From positions 170,686,001 through 170,750,000 of the forward strand of contig OZ024741.1 of assembly GCA_964016885.1 (NCBI GenBank): 64,000 nt of DNA, in the 5' to 3' direction. This document shows positions 1-14,195 of this stretch, piece after piece. Made by a program: the position numbers and the translations under genes. The notes under the pieces are model-generated. The model saw nothing but the letters and a program-made list of their open reading frames with translations, did no database searches and was not told the DNA's origin. This DNA comes from Eledone cirrhosa. Taxonomy: Eukaryota. Position 1 is the stretch's first letter, and every line of letters starts with the position of its first letter.

Positions 1-316
1 AGAAACAATTATTAGGGTGGAAGAAAATTTAAGGATGATTTTAAGAAAAGATATATTAAAGTTATTAACAGAATATTTATAGGAATGTACGTATATAATT
101 GTACGGAACATATTTGTGAGGGTGTAGAGAGAATGAAATAATTATATTTATTTTTATTTATTTTATTATTTAATTATATATTTTTGAAGTATTTATAATA
201 TAATGTGTGAATTATAAATATATGTGTTAAAATGAGAGCATACTAATTTAAAACGTGAAAGATATCCTGTATTCATATATACGATTGGGTCAATTCTATT
301 GGTGTGTTTTAATATT

Positions 317-677
317 ATGAAGATTGCAGTTATAAATATATGTTATGAAGATTACAGTTATAAGTATATTTTATGAAGATTGCAGTTATAAGTATATTTT
401 ATGAAGATTGCATGTTATAAGTATATTTTATGAAGATTACAGTTATAAGTATATTTTATGAAGATTACAGTTATAAGTATATTTTATGAAGATTGCAGTT
501 ATAAGTATATTTTATGAAGATTGCAATTATAAGTATATTTTATGAAGATTGCAGTTATAAGTATATTTTATGAAGATTACAGTTATAAGTATATTTTATG
601 AAGATTGCATGTTATAAGTATATTTTATGAAGATTGCAATTATAAGTATATTTTATGAATATTGCAGTTATAAGTAT
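317..677. repeat. 28-bp minisatellite (atgaagattgcagttataagtatatttt), ~13 copies
   Basis: Tandem copies read directly; variants g/a at position 10 and a 1-nt insertion (gcatgtt). Confidence 0.95.
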
Positions 678-843
678 CGGTAGAAGGTCGGACGCCATGC
701 TTTGCAGCAAAGAGTTACGGCCCTTTATGTTCAAATCCCGCCGAGCTTAACTTTGCCTTTCATCCTTACGGGGTCGATAAAATAAAGTACCAGTAATACA
801 CTGGAATAATTGCTGGCCTTGTGCCAAAAGTAGAAACAATTAT
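675..843 (+). mobile_element. tRNA-derived SINE, family A (5'-truncated)
   Basis: B-box gttcaaatcc, core gcctttcatccttacggggtcgataaaataaagtaccag, tail ggccttgtgccaaaagtagaaacaatt; many copies in window. Confidence 0.9.
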
Positions 844-1555
844 ATTATAAGAGGTTATTTGTAGATATATATAAATAGTTTTAGTGAGTATATATGTTAT
901 TTATTTAATAGATAAATAATTTAGATAGCTTTATATAAGAAGAGTTATAATATGTTGGGCGAAGATAAGTTTACATTTTCAGTATATGGCTTAAGAATAT
1001 GGAAGTAGTTCTATTTTAGTATAGAAGATGTATATTATTTTGTATATTCTATAGTGGCATCAAGATAGAAATAAATTTACGAAATTTTAATATTTTGTAA
1101 AGTTTAAATGTTACGTAGATATTAGATGTTTCTTTTCAAAGGAAAAGATAACTTTAATTTTTCTTAGTTTACAGAGTTAAGTTATAGTTATATTTATCAT
1201 TTAGTCTCAAATTTACTTTCAACTTATATTCTAATTGTAGTATATGGAAAAATTATTTTATATATGATTTTAGAGTATCATATATTTCATATGTTCTAAG
1301 ATGAAAATTTTAAAGTATATATTTTGATAACATTACTTATACCTAAGCATAAATTTGATGATATTACGTATTTGAATGTATGGATTTAAAATACCCTATA
1401 AAGCCTATTAGAAAAAAATCAAGGAACATCAAAAATACCTTCAAAAATATACTTAAAAACATTAAAAATCAAGAAAAAAAATCACAAAAAACAGCTAAGA
1501 CATATAAAATGTAACTGGGCAAGGTATAGAGGTTATATATAATATTTTCTATAGA

Positions 1556-1910
1556 TTATAGATACTTCTAAAAGTCTTAGAGGGTCAATGAAAACAAGAG
1601 TTAAATAAATCTTTCTTTTTTTTTCATAGCATTCAAATTCTCGAGAGAGCCATATTCCGGTATGCGGGCGCTTTCGAATTCGTTCTCCAAGAGATTGAAT
1701 AGTCAATATTGTCTTTTAAGGACCAAATTAAATGTGAAAGTGTTGTTGAACATTTTTTGTCCGATCTATTAAATGTGTGTTTAAAGAATTATTTAACTCT
1801 TGTTTGCATCGACAGTCTAAGACTTTTAGAAGTATCTATAATTGTTGAGTGCTTCTAATCTGTTATAAACTAAATTTGCTGAATAATCAATAAATTAAAT
1901 AACTCATTGC
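1556..1910 (+). mobile_element. Old foldback insertion with ACTC/GAGT terminal hairpin
   Basis: 1556-1610 is the diverged reverse complement of ~1785-1842; ACTC 1796-1799 / GAGT 1847-1850; ends at (TA)n. Confidence 0.55.
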
Positions 1911-3149
1911 TTATATATATATATATATATGTGTGTATATATAGGTTTCAGTGGTGCCCATATCAAGTATAATATCCTATGTCTTGCAATCATATGCCTA
2001 CATCACGTATGTTATCTTCTTTGCCATGGCACCTTAGATGACTACCTATTACCGACATTGTTTAAGATTTTTTATGTTAGACGTGTTATAGTATTTGGTC
2101 AGCAGCATGGTCTGTACCTTTGTGCGTTCGTCCCAAATTAATGTTCAACCCGGCAGCAGATGTGGACACCTTTATTCATAAAATATAATAGAGCGAGGGT
2201 GGGACTGGCAGACATGCATATGAACGCCTTGTTTTTTCCTGCTATGTAATTCTTCATGAATAAGTTTATCGGTTTTTGAAAGTGTAATATGACCACAGGC
2301 AGTACAGCTGACATCAGTTTTAGACCCTCTGAGGTACGGAAGTTCAACTACAGTTGTCCGACGGAATTCGTGCTGGTTACTTTCCTAGAGCTGCCACGGA
2401 GAAAGCCATAAATAAATTGCGGAAGATATTTACGATTCCGCGAATATGCGGTTGTTTCCACTAACAATCATTAGTTAGATTCTAAGGAAAAACCCGCGAA
2501 TAACCGGGACCACAAATGTCGAGACAGCGAATGTTGGGGGTACACTGTACTTGGTAGTTTCGAATAGATCGATTCAGTATTTAGTGCGCAATTTGATTTT
2601 TCGGAAATCCTTATGTACATGCTGACAACCACTTCCATGATATATTTAATTAACAGAGCTAATATTCAATAACTTAAGAATATTCTTTGCGGCGTTACGG
2701 AACCGCTTTTGGGGGTTTGTGCAGAGAAAGTTTACCGAGTAATTCGCAATAAAGTTATTGCTTTAAGACAGGTGATATTACAACTCTGCTGCTCATATCT
2801 GATCGGATAAACTTCCATACTGTAACAGCTCACTCTCTCTCTCTTTCTTCTTCTTTCCTTTATTTATCACTGTCGCTTATTTCTTCCAATATAAATTTTT
2901 ATACAGTTAAAGGTGTATGTTTAATCGGTGGAGAGCATCTGAGTGTACGTGGTATTTGCTAGAGTATATTGGTCAATGTTACACACATCAATGAGACAAC
3001 CAGTATTTCTTCCGGTTCACAGTGATTTAAGTTTGAAATCTCCCTTAGGTCAAATTTAAATTTTATTTTTTCCTTGTCGATGACTAAAGTACCAGTGCAA
3101 GATGGCGAATTGGCAAAATTGTTTGAGTGCCTTTAATTATCTACTCCAG

Positions 3150-3230
3150 CACTTTGTTCCGATGGAACTGGACCACTATTATTGAAGGATTCAAGAAATC
3201 TTCTATGGGTTTGTCTAAACCAACGCAGAT
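3150..3230 (+). CDS. Candidate 81-nt phase 1-1 exon (LCSDGTGPLLLKDSRNLLWVCLNQRR)
   Basis: ctactccag acceptor, gtaagc donor, open frame, Cys-containing; no homology verified. Confidence 0.3.
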
Positions 3231-4227
3231 GTAAGCCGGAACAACAACACCATTCCTACAAAACTTTAACCATCTACCTATACCAGAAAATATTATAAAA
3301 TAAATAAATATGTTTTCTAAATTCAAAGTTTGCAGACTTGCAATATTATTCAACTGCAGTCAATAAAATAAGTCCGAGTTGTGTACTAGAATCGATTAAA
3401 TGCTTTGCTATTTTAATATAACAAAGACATGTTTATTTTAACTTCAATTTACCAATTATTTTCCCTGTGAGTGGAGTCTGTGAATTATTTTATTCTCGAA
3501 ATCAGAGGTTTCCAAAGTTTATACCGTGTCATTTTAGTGTTTCATCGATATTATCTAGATATGTAGCGAAATTTAGACACGTTACATTTCAACACTTGAT
3601 TGTTAAAGTCTGATATCATATTTAATTTGTTATTATTAATTTCGTTAATTTTGTGTCGCAGACAAAAATTGATTCTGTTTCGAAATATTCTCTTTTATTT
3701 TAAAAGGTGTTTCAGCAATATGGAATGTTTGGAAAGCTCTCCTAGTAAGCAATCCTATTTTTTATACGGCAACCAATGCTGAGTACATTTATAGAGTAAT
3801 TATTTCATCAAAGCCTCGACATACCCACTATCATTAAGTCTGAAACGTGTTCAGAGTTGTCTCCCGTATTTCATGCAATAATTAAAGGATTACGCATATA
3901 ATTGATACACAATTGGCTGAATATTTCACACACACATGTGTATTCAACATAATACTCAGAGGGATTCACACCGACGAAGTGTGCCACGTGTCCGACCCTT
4001 TGATTTACAAGTACAGTTCATCTGAATGGCTTCTAAATATTTTCCTTCTACACAGTTTTACTATATCCAAAGCAATGGAGAAAACAAAACACTTCATGCA
4101 TTAAGAACGAATAAAGAATCCCATGATAATGAAATGAACTTATAACCCATTTGGTCTTGTTGCGCCCATCAAGTGATTCTCATTCTCACCCCTTCTCTCC
4201 TGTGTATATATATATATACATTCAAGG

Positions 4228-4397
<170 letters not shown>

Positions 4398-4400
<3 letters not shown>

Positions 4401-4828
4401 CGTTTCGGTGCGCCCGGCCGATTAACTCACTCGATATGTAAATTAGGCTGCTCAGCCGTTAATATGCATAAGGAAAGTATATACTTTCAGACGTTCAATC
4501 ATCTGGCAGGAAGGTATACGGTGCTGACGATAGCTAATAAGCTTGAAACTAGTACATCGTTCCTTTGTCAGTGTTGAACAAAAGGGCAACGATGGTTGCT
4601 AAACACTGTACTGCTTAATTCGGGATGTTTGTTTACAAACAAACCGTGTATTATAATAAATGTTCGGTAAACCCATGCGTACATATATATATGTGTGTGC
4701 ATGTATGTATATATATAAATACGACTGTACGTCTGTATACATATATGTATGTACGTATACATACTTATATTTAAGTAACAGCCGTACTAAGAGAGAGAAA
4801 TGAAATTTCGTTTCATATTTTCCTTTTA
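4398..4828 (+). mobile_element. ~410-430 bp non-autonomous hammerhead-bearing retroelement (family H1)
   Basis: Homologous to 29678-30750, 56155-56685 and 19848-19973; TA-rich flanks; contains a hammerhead. Confidence 0.8.
4518..4560 (+). ncRNA. Type I minimal hammerhead ribozyme (H1)
   Basis: acggtg CTGACGA tagctaataagctt GAA ACTAGT A catcgt: 6-bp stem I, agcu/agcu stem II, palindromic stem III, GUA site. Confidence 0.9.
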
Positions 4829-4849
4829 TATATATATGTGTGTGTGTGT

Positions 4850-5045
4850 TTAATGGTAGCTATGATGCTTCCATAGACGGTATGCCAGTTAAGCACTCTA
4901 TGTTCTTACAGAGCAGAGTGTAATATAATATAAAACGAAAAATCAGACAGATCCATAGAATGATCGTGTCTCGAGCTGTCTGCCGGCGAAACAATTGTAA
5001 CACACAATAAATTGAGTCCAGATCCAACACTGGTTTTTCGTTTAT
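4850..5045. mobile_element. Foldback fragment: terminal hairpin (minus strand) plus hammerhead 3' half (GAAACaattGTA, plus strand)
   Basis: Homologous to 11309-11466; ACTC 4895 / GAGT 4916. Confidence 0.55.
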
Positions 5046-5282
5046 ATATATATATAAATATATATAGACATATGTGTGTGTGTATGACCTCGAATGTATA
5101 TATATATCTCCCTACCTTTGCTGAAAAATAGCTAAGTGACATAGTCACTAGTTTAAAACTGATAGCGAATGGTCTTCTAAATGTTTTTAATTAAACATAC
5201 GGTATATTGCCGAATATACTATACATAAATTCATGTATACATCGCTATTTCTGAACACCAATACTAATATACATACTTACAT

Positions 5283-5735
<453 letters not shown>

Positions 5736-6086
5736 GTATATGCGGTCATACATATATTATCAATAACGTATTTATTCAAAGAATTTTTTTTCTATACAAG
5801 AAATGTTTTGCACTATGCTAAAAGTACTGATAACGTCAATAGAATAGGTATTAAAAAGATACTGGTCCGAGAACTTAAGCAGTATGAAACACATATTTTG
5901 CCTGGCTGCGTTTCTGTCTTAATATAAGTCTACTATAGACGGAATATTAATATATACTATATGAATGGATTACAATATGGAGGTTTTGTCGTAGTGCTGG
6001 GCAAGACTTGTAAATATCTCATATGAATGGATGAATGGAAGTAGGAGACATTTTATGAATGATGGTAGCAGTTGCGCCAAATTAAT

Positions 6087-6189
6087 CTTCTTCTTCTTCT
6101 TCTTCTTCTTCTTCTTCTTCTTCTTCTTCTTCTTCTTCTTCTTCTTCTTCTTCTTCTTCTTCTTCTTCTTCTTCTTCTTCTTCTTCTTC
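6087..6189. repeat. (CTT)n microsatellite
   Basis: Direct; source of the poly-Lys ORF artefact. Confidence 0.97.
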
Positions 6190-7187
6190 GTCTCATCCAA
6201 CTGAGGTCGATAATGTACAGTTCCAGTCAAATACAGCACATGGTTTAATCGATTTTCTCCTTTCCACTAAAACATTGCTGCCCTTGTGCCTTAATTAGAA
6301 ACCATTTCGATTATTATGGTGATGACGATGATGAAAATGATGATAATTCTTTCGATGATGATGATGATGATAATGGTGATCATGATGATAATGAGAAAGA
6401 TGTTGATGAAGATTCTGTTGATGATGATAGTGATTCTGTTAGTGGCAATAATGGTAATAATGATCTTCCTCTTAGAGAAATTTCTTTAGGCTAATCCACT
6501 CCAGAAATAGTGATTTTACTGACCACGTGAAAACGGTCGATTTTCACCTGCTAATATTAGAAGACAAACCTCTCACAAATCACATACTTAACACTAGGTC
6601 TTAGCTCGAAAATAGCTGGGTTATGGCTATGCCGCGGAACAACAACAACAGCAATATGAGAAATAATGTCATCAGTAACACTAACAAAAACAACATCGTT
6701 AACAACAATAATCCCAACCTGCTTCATTTCCACTTTGCTTGACCTGATAACCTAATAGACGTTTTATATAACCAATGTCCAGCCATTTTATCAATATGCT
6801 GGTGGACGAATTGATATTTAAAATAGATATCGAGAGGAGATTTGAACTATTGGAGTAGGAAATTATTTTCAGACAAGTAATCTAAAGAATTCTGTCTCTC
6901 ATTTAATTCTTCATGTATTTTAGCATCATCTTCATTCGACAGCAGTCCCAGACAGTCATAAACATTCTCTATCCATTGCAGTTGTCAGAACCAGTTGTCC
7001 CGTGGACAGGCGATTTAAATTCATAGACATAATTTGAATTCCACATTAAATGTACCAGAATGTACTTGCTTGGCTGTTTTAACAATTCCGCCAATACAAT
7101 GAACTGAATCTTTATTTCATCGAAAGTATGAAGGTCAAAGTTGAGCTCGGTGGTATTTCAACTATGAGCGGAAAGATCTAGAACAAA

Positions 7188-7555
7188 TAATTGTTTCTAC
7201 TTTTGGCACAAGGCCAGCAATTATTCCAGCGCATTACTGGTACTTTATTTTATCGACCCCGTAAGGATGAAAGGCAAAGTTAACCACGGCAAGATTTGAA
7301 CTCAGAATGGCAAGGGCCGTAACTCTATGCGTCAAAGCATGGTGTCCAACCCTCTACAGATACTGCCAACCCGCTTTCATATATATAAGTACAAGGCCAG
7401 CAATTTTGGGGGAGGGGAAAGTCGATTAAATCGAACCCAGTGTATGACTGGTATTCTATTTTATCGACCCGTAAGGATGGGATTTGAACACAAAGGGCCG
7501 TAACTCTATGCTGTAAAACATGGTGCCCGACCTCTACCAATACTGCCAATCCACT
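7188..7555 (-). mobile_element. Two adjacent family A SINE copies
   Basis: Reverse complement of the SINE core and B-box (gatttgaact) at 7188-7375 and 7390-7555. Confidence 0.88.
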
Positions 7556-8217
7556 GCAGTCATCTGCAACCAATAATACGACATATTCTATTCGACGCTC
7601 TAATGATTCTGACAATACCCCACCCAACTTCATCATTATTTTTAACACCACCAATTAACAATTTTATACATTTAGCGAAGTTCACACCATTGAAAGCATT
7701 AGAAGAAGGTGTCCTGTCGGACTATAACTTCTATCCATCAAACTCGCAGGTCTTGAAAATTGTTATTGGTGTTGTCCATCCTTCGTTAACATATCTATTA
7801 ATAAATATCTAGCGGCGCAATTAATTAAATAAATAAGTGAAACACATTGCCAAAAATTGGCAATTAAATATTTCATCCATGGCTTTCGGCACATATTTTC
7901 ATATTCAGGCTTACATTACAATACCAATTCAGTAGAAGGCTCTCAATACGAAATATAGTTGATTGAATGATTTTGGTCAATAGATCATCCTTGCTTGTTG
8001 TTGTGCATACCTCGTATATATATAGAACTTATACGAACTACATATACATTATCAGATAATAGAAGTTTTACAAATCATTTTATGACGATTCGCATCGGGG
8101 TTTATAATACCAAAATATCTTCAAAGGTATATTCTATCTACATCAGCTGCAGCTGCACCAATGGGAAAATGTGTTCTACTGTCTAAAGAAAATTAACCCA
8201 TTGAATAATATAGTCCG

Positions 8218-8356
<139 letters not shown>

Positions 8357-8384
8357 GAGATAGAGGGGGGAAGAGAGAGTGTGT

Positions 8385-8422
<38 letters not shown>

Positions 8423-8443
8423 TAGAGAGAGAGATAGAGAGAT

Positions 8444-8477
<34 letters not shown>

Positions 8478-8515
8478 CAATTAAAGCAGAACAAAGTCAG
8501 AGATAGAGGTTAATT

Positions 8516-8661
8516 GCTGTATTTCCCGCTTCGTCCTCGAGGACGCACCCTAAATTCGAATAAAAAATAATAAACAACCTTGGGCCTCCATGGCGCATGG
8601 TAGATTTTTGAGACTTATTTTATGAAAAAAGTAGCATCTTTGACGCCGGTTAAATACGGTA
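8516..8661. mobile_element. Short Tc1/pogo-like MITE remnant
   Basis: Degenerate terminal inverted repeats ctgtatttcccg...gacgcacc / gcatctttgacgccggttaaatacggta. Confidence 0.5.
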
Positions 8662-9149
8662 GATTCTTGTTTTACGATAGTTTCAGAGGGTTGACTGAAC
8701 GTGGAAGATTGATATGTTGACTAGTATGGTAGTGATTACGTCGCTTTCTGTTTCTTGGGACAAAATTCTTGATTGATCGACCGTTTTCTTCAGAAACACT
8801 AAACCATGATTTTATTTGCTGTATATATAATAAGGAAGGAGCATGCGAGTTGGGTTTGTAAATCGGGGACGAAATAGAAATGCAAGGGTGCATACATTAA
8901 GTGTGGTTGGATTTAAAAGCATATAAAGTTGTGTGAATGAAGAAAAAAAAAATAATGATTGTCATTTATTAGCAACAAGTGCCGATAAATAGGGGACAAT
9001 TCAAAAACAGGGACAGTGGGGGTTTGCAATGAAATCGAGTCAAAAATACGTAATAATAAAAACATCTAACAATAAAATATATATAAGAATATGTACAAAT
9101 ATAAAATAAATTCCCCAATAAGGGAGTGAACCACCCAATGGCAACTCAG

Positions 9150-9480
9150 CTAACCCACCTATTCTGAACCACCCGGCGCTTAGAGAGCACCCGAGACAGG
9201 CAACCCTCTCCTCCACAAATTAACCAACCTACAGTCGCATGCTCAGAGTAACGCGGGCCATTCTCGCCACAGTGAACCCCATTGAGCAAATGTACTGGGG
9301 CATTTCTCTCATCTCGTCATTCATGCGAAACTTGAAAAAGTTGACGAGGAATTGGACGAAGAGAAAAGTGTCTCTCTTCAGTTCTTTCAAACGGGTCGAC
9401 TAAATAGTCTCTTTCGCTACGGTCACATGACAGAGGAAAACTGCCTCTCCTTCCTGCGGAAAAGAAGGCAGGGTTGATCC
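9150..9480 (-). mobile_element. Decayed L1/Tx1-type LINE 3' end
   Basis: Minus strand translates EGEAVFLCHVTVAKETI*STRLKELKRDTFLF...NFFKF...VARMARV; homologous to 35550-36300. Confidence 0.6.
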
Positions 9481-9928
9481 TCACTATGGACTAGGAGAAG
9501 CTGTTGTCCTTTTTATAGCAATGATATTCTCGGTATGCAAATAAGGTTTATCAGCCGATGTGTACTTCAGAAAATACTATATATTTTCAACCGTTCGAAA
9601 GATTGGCAGGGAGATAGATAGTCCTAATGAAAGGTGATACCCAGAAATGTGTTGATTGCTCCTCGATGCCATTGTTGAACAAACGGATGACAATTGGTTA
9701 TCAGCACAGCACAGGTTTGTCGGGCTTATAAACGAATCGGATATTATTATTACTGTTTGATATGACCCACATGTATATATGTATATATAAATATAAATAT
9801 ATATATATGTATATATATATGTGTGTGTGTGCGTGTGTGTCTGTGTGTGTGCGTGCGTGTGTGTCTCTGTGTGTGTGCATGCTTATATTTACGTATCAGC
9901 TGTGCTAGAGCGAGAAATAAAATTTTAA

Positions 9929-9976
<48 letters not shown>

Positions 9977-10050
9977 TAAAAAAATAATGAATAAAACAAT
10001 GAAACAGTTCCTTATATTAAACAAAAAAAGTTCATTATTTAACGTTCAAA

Positions 10051-10238
10051 GGCGGTGAATTGGCAGTATCGGTAGAGGGTTGGACGCCATGCTTTCTAGC
10101 ATAGTTACGTCCCTTTACATTCTGAGTTCAAATCCCGCCGAGGTTAACTTTGCCTTTCATCCTTACGGGGTCGATAAAATAAAGTACCAGTAATGTACTG
10201 GGTAATTGCTGGCCTTGTGCCTAAAGTAGAAACAATTA
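10051..10238 (+). mobile_element. Full-length family A SINE with target-site duplication
   Basis: A-box-like tggcagtatcgg, B-box gagttcaaatcc; TSD attatttaacgttca at 10034-10048 and 10235-10249. Confidence 0.93.
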
Positions 10239-11084
10239 TTTAACGTTCATTATTTATCCGTTTATCTTTCACCGAAAGTGATTTTTGAATGCATCTCTTC
10301 TTTCCATGATATCCGGATTACATTGAGTTCTTCATACGGATTGGACACTACCGTAAACTCTTGGTAGATTTATCTCTCTATATATATATATATATATTGC
10401 TGTGAGTTATTGTTTTGTCTTTTACTCCAGGGATAACGCTCTGGTTTGTTTGTCAGCCGATGTGACTCCGGGTGACCAGTCAAACTCAACGACTGACGAC
10501 GCTGGAGTTCGGTCTTTCGTTTACGTTCTTTGCCATTATTTCCTATTAAAATTAAAACAACTTTGTTTAAAATATGAAATATTTTTTTCGGCCAGCCTTG
10601 TTTTCCTTCGCCTTGTTTTCCGTTGTCTTATCTTTGGCAATTTTCCTAATTGTATTACTACTAATCTGTGACGAACGCTTTTTCTTCTTCTCCCGCAAGA
10701 CTTTCAATGGATTATATTTTTTTAACACGATTTCTTACTTCATTCTTGCCTTTTTCCTTCTTTTCTTTTTTCTTCTTCTTTTGCCTCGTATTTTTAGTCT
10801 CACGAGACTATCATTGCTATCAAGAAGACAATACTTTCTAGACATCACATACAATCTCATTTGCACCTGTTATTGTTTTATTGTTGTAAGTTATTGTTTT
10901 GTTTTGACTTTTACTCCAGGGAATGCGCTTTGGCTTATTTGTAAGACGCTGTGACCCCAGGTGGACTAGCCGTACCATTGGTAGAGTTCACAACTGCCTA
11001 ATATCATCTCAATGGCTGAATACCTTGTAGGTCTGGTCTCTTTCGTTTGTCTTTGTTTGCCATTGTATTTTATTATTTTTTAAA

Positions 11085-11182
11085 TTAACTTTGCCCTTCA
11101 TCCTTACGGGGTCGATAAAATAAAGTACAAGTAATGTACTGGGTAATTGCTGGCCTTGTGCCAAAAGTAGAAACAATTATTT
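11085..11182 (+). mobile_element. Family A SINE 3' half
   Basis: Core and tail match. Confidence 0.85.
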
Positions 11183-11237
11183 TTTAAATTAAGGTTTCTT
11201 CTTTTATTATATATGAACACACACACACACACACACT

Positions 11238-11308
<71 letters not shown>

Positions 11309-11314
<6 letters not shown>

Positions 11315-11466
11315 GAAAACGAAGAATCAGTGATGCATCGTAATAAATTGTGTTCCGATGCATCACTGATTCTTCGTTTCCCATTTTATCATACTCTGTT
11401 CCTAACCAGCATAGACTGCTCAACCGGCATACCGCCTATGGTCTCATCCTAACAACCATACGACAT
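11309..11466 (+). mobile_element. Foldback element in (TA)n
   Basis: aaaatggaaaacgaagaatcagtgatgcatcg is inverted ~15 nt later; the long arm continues into an ACTC-led tail. Confidence 0.75.
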
Positions 11467-11549
11467 ATAGATAGATATATAAAATTAAATAGCTCTGTAC
11501 TATGCATAGAACACTTTTCTTTCCTTTACCTTTTCCACGGAAATACTTA

Positions 11550-11582
<33 letters not shown>

Positions 11583-12199
11583 GAGAGAGAGAGTGATTTA
11601 AGAAGAAACAAGGATCATGTAGTTGCTGGATAAGCTGTACTTATAAATAAGAGGAAAGCACGAGAACATTTTCCTTCATCAGTTGTGTACAGGATATTTG
11701 TGTCATGGATATTTCTACGCTTTAAAAACAAGATTCCTAACCCCAGTGTATCATAGATTTGGAGAACTTTTGAGCACAGGTAACAGCTAGCCTAGGACAA
11801 AACATAAATAGTATCAAGAAAACTGTTTGTCATTGTTGATACTGCTGTTATCGTTGCGGTCACTGCTGTTGATGTAACAATTGCTTTGCAAAATAATAGA
11901 CTGTATGTTATTTCTAGTAGACTGAACAGCAACAAATGAGTTTTCTAGTGTTCACTCCATTGGCATGAAAGCTACAATCCACCATGAATTATTAAGGCGC
12001 GAAGAAATTAGCATTGTGTCTATTATTTTGTAGAGAAATTGAAACAATTACAATTGTCTTACCTGCTTATTCATTGGTTGGCTTGTTATATTCCGTGTCA
12101 TTTCAAAGTTCATCTATGATCACAAAGTTCAACGTGACACGGAATTTAAGGGAAATTAGGCTACTGTTTTGTTAGATCGAGTCACTTCATAGGAGCTTC

Positions 12200-12880
12200 C
12201 TCTGTTTGTCGTACTCCTGATCAGGAAAGATCATGAATGTTATCCAACCATCTTGCTCGCGGTCTACCCTTGGGTATGTTGCCTGATGGTTTTACCAGTA
12301 AAATCTGTCCAGCGATTCTTTCCTGAGACATTCTAACCACATGCTCGTAGTATCGGAGCTGTGATTCTCAATTCGGAGAAATAGTGCCTCTAAATGGACT
12401 GACTCTCTGATCTCCGAGCTACGTACTTTATCGTGTAACCTTAATCCAAAGACACTTCTGAGGTTTCCTATTTCTGCCGTTCATATTCACGATCGTATTC
12501 TTTCAGTCATTACCCAAGATTCCTGATCATAAAGTATTCTGACAGACTATCCGCCGAATTTGTAAAAAGAAGTCCTCCCCCACACCTACTATCAAGAACA
12601 CGTCTGGAGTTCTCCTCTCTTCAGAGAGATGCATCCTCACGAGGTGAAGAGAATACTTTGCTGATCTCTTAAACCTGATCACAGCAGCATCTTCGGTGTA
12701 CACGAGGTGCATCTGGGAGCGGTGACTAATCTATCAGAGGCCGAGGTTGCAAGAGCAGTTAAAGAGCTTAAATGTAGCAAAGCCGCCGGGGAAGACGAAA
12801 TCACGCCCGAAATATTAAAAGCCTTAAATAGAGAAAGTATTCTCTGGCTGACTCGTGTGTGCCGGGTAGCCTGGATCTCT
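12200..12880. mobile_element. Decayed RTE-clade LINE with inverted 5' piece
   Basis: Minus 12200-12525: SQLRYYEHVVRMSQERIAGQIL...GRPRARWLDNI; plus 12530-12880: EVARAVKELKCSKAAGEDEITPEILKAL (RT domain 0). Confidence 0.75.
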
Positions 12881-13326
12881 GTTTTTGCCATACAGTGTTA
12901 TATAAGTTTTGCCATACTGTGATTTATTATATATGTGAAAGCCGAAGAATATTGTTTTATCACTGGTTTGTAGTTTTTTGTATAAGACTATATGTGGTTT
13001 GGATAGAGTTCAGACATTGTTGAGTAGATCAAGTGAATCATACCATGACCATCCAACGTCAATTTCTCACATAGTCTTGCTGTTTAGCACCAATGAATCA
13101 TTTAGAAACATGTTAAGGTTTTAACAGATGAAGTGACGGTGATGTTTGGTAATTATATGGGCAATGATGATGAAGAGAAGATAACGATATTGATAGAGGT
13201 GGTGGTGGTGGTGGTGGTGGTGCTGATGATGGTGGTGGTGATGATGATGACAGATGATGATTCTACTGATGTTGAAGGTGATGATGATAGGGTTGGTGAT
13301 GGTAATGACGATCATGATTATGATTA

Positions 13327-13760
13327 TCCTTACGGGGTCGATAAAATAAAGTACCAGTAATGCACTGGGTAATTGCTGGCCTTGTGCCAAAAGTAGAAAC
13401 AATTATGATTAGGCTATTAGGAGTAATAATTATTTCTTCTTATGGCACAAAGCCACCAATTATCCCAGTGTATTACTGGTACTTTATTTTATTGATCTCG
13501 TAAGGATGAAAGGCAAAGTTAACCTCGGTGGCATATGAACTCAGATTGTAAAGGGGAGTAACTCTATGCTGCAAGCATGGCGCCAACCTTCTACCGATAC
13601 TGCCAATCCACCGCCTTTCTATTAATAATTGTTTCTACTTTAGGCACAAGGCCAGCATTCAACCAGTACATTACTGGTACTTTATTTTATCGACGCCGTA
13701 AGGATGAAAGGCAAAGTCAAATTGTTTCTACTTTTGGTACAAGGCCAGCAATTATCCAAT
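13327..13760. mobile_element. Cluster of family A SINE pieces (13327-13405 +, 13430-13617 -, 13625-13760 -)
   Basis: Core and tail matches. Confidence 0.85.
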
Positions 13761-13812
13761 GTTGTTGTTGGTGGTGGTGGTGGTGGTGGTGATGGTGTTA
13801 CTGTTGTTGTTG

Positions 13813-13844
<32 letters not shown>

Positions 13845-13892
13845 GGTGGTGGTGGTGGTGGTGGTGGTGTGATGGTGTTACTGTTGTTGTTG

Positions 13893-13924
<32 letters not shown>

Positions 13925-14010
13925 GGTGGTGGTGGTTGTGGTGGTGATGGTGTTACTGTTGTTGTTGTTGTTATTGGTGGTGGTGGTGGTGGTGATGATG
14001 GTGTTACTGC

Positions 14011-14056
<46 letters not shown>

Positions 14057-14070
14057 GGTGGTGGTGTTAC

Positions 14071-14101
<31 letters not shown>

Positions 14102-14112
14102 GATGGTGTTAC

Positions 14113-14143
<31 letters not shown>

Positions 14144-14195
14144 GGTGATGGTGTTACTTTTGTTGTTGTTGTAGGTGGTAGTGGTGGTGGTGGTG
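13760..14195. repeat. Compound (GGT)n/(GTT)n array
   Basis: Direct. Confidence 0.95.

Noticed and set aside
317-677. 28-bp repeats as a CRISPR array
   Set aside because: No unique spacers, eukaryotic context, no cas genes
2050-2110. Hammerhead-like remnants here, at ~8080-8130 and at ~52590-52655
   Set aside because: Several core mismatches and no supported stem I
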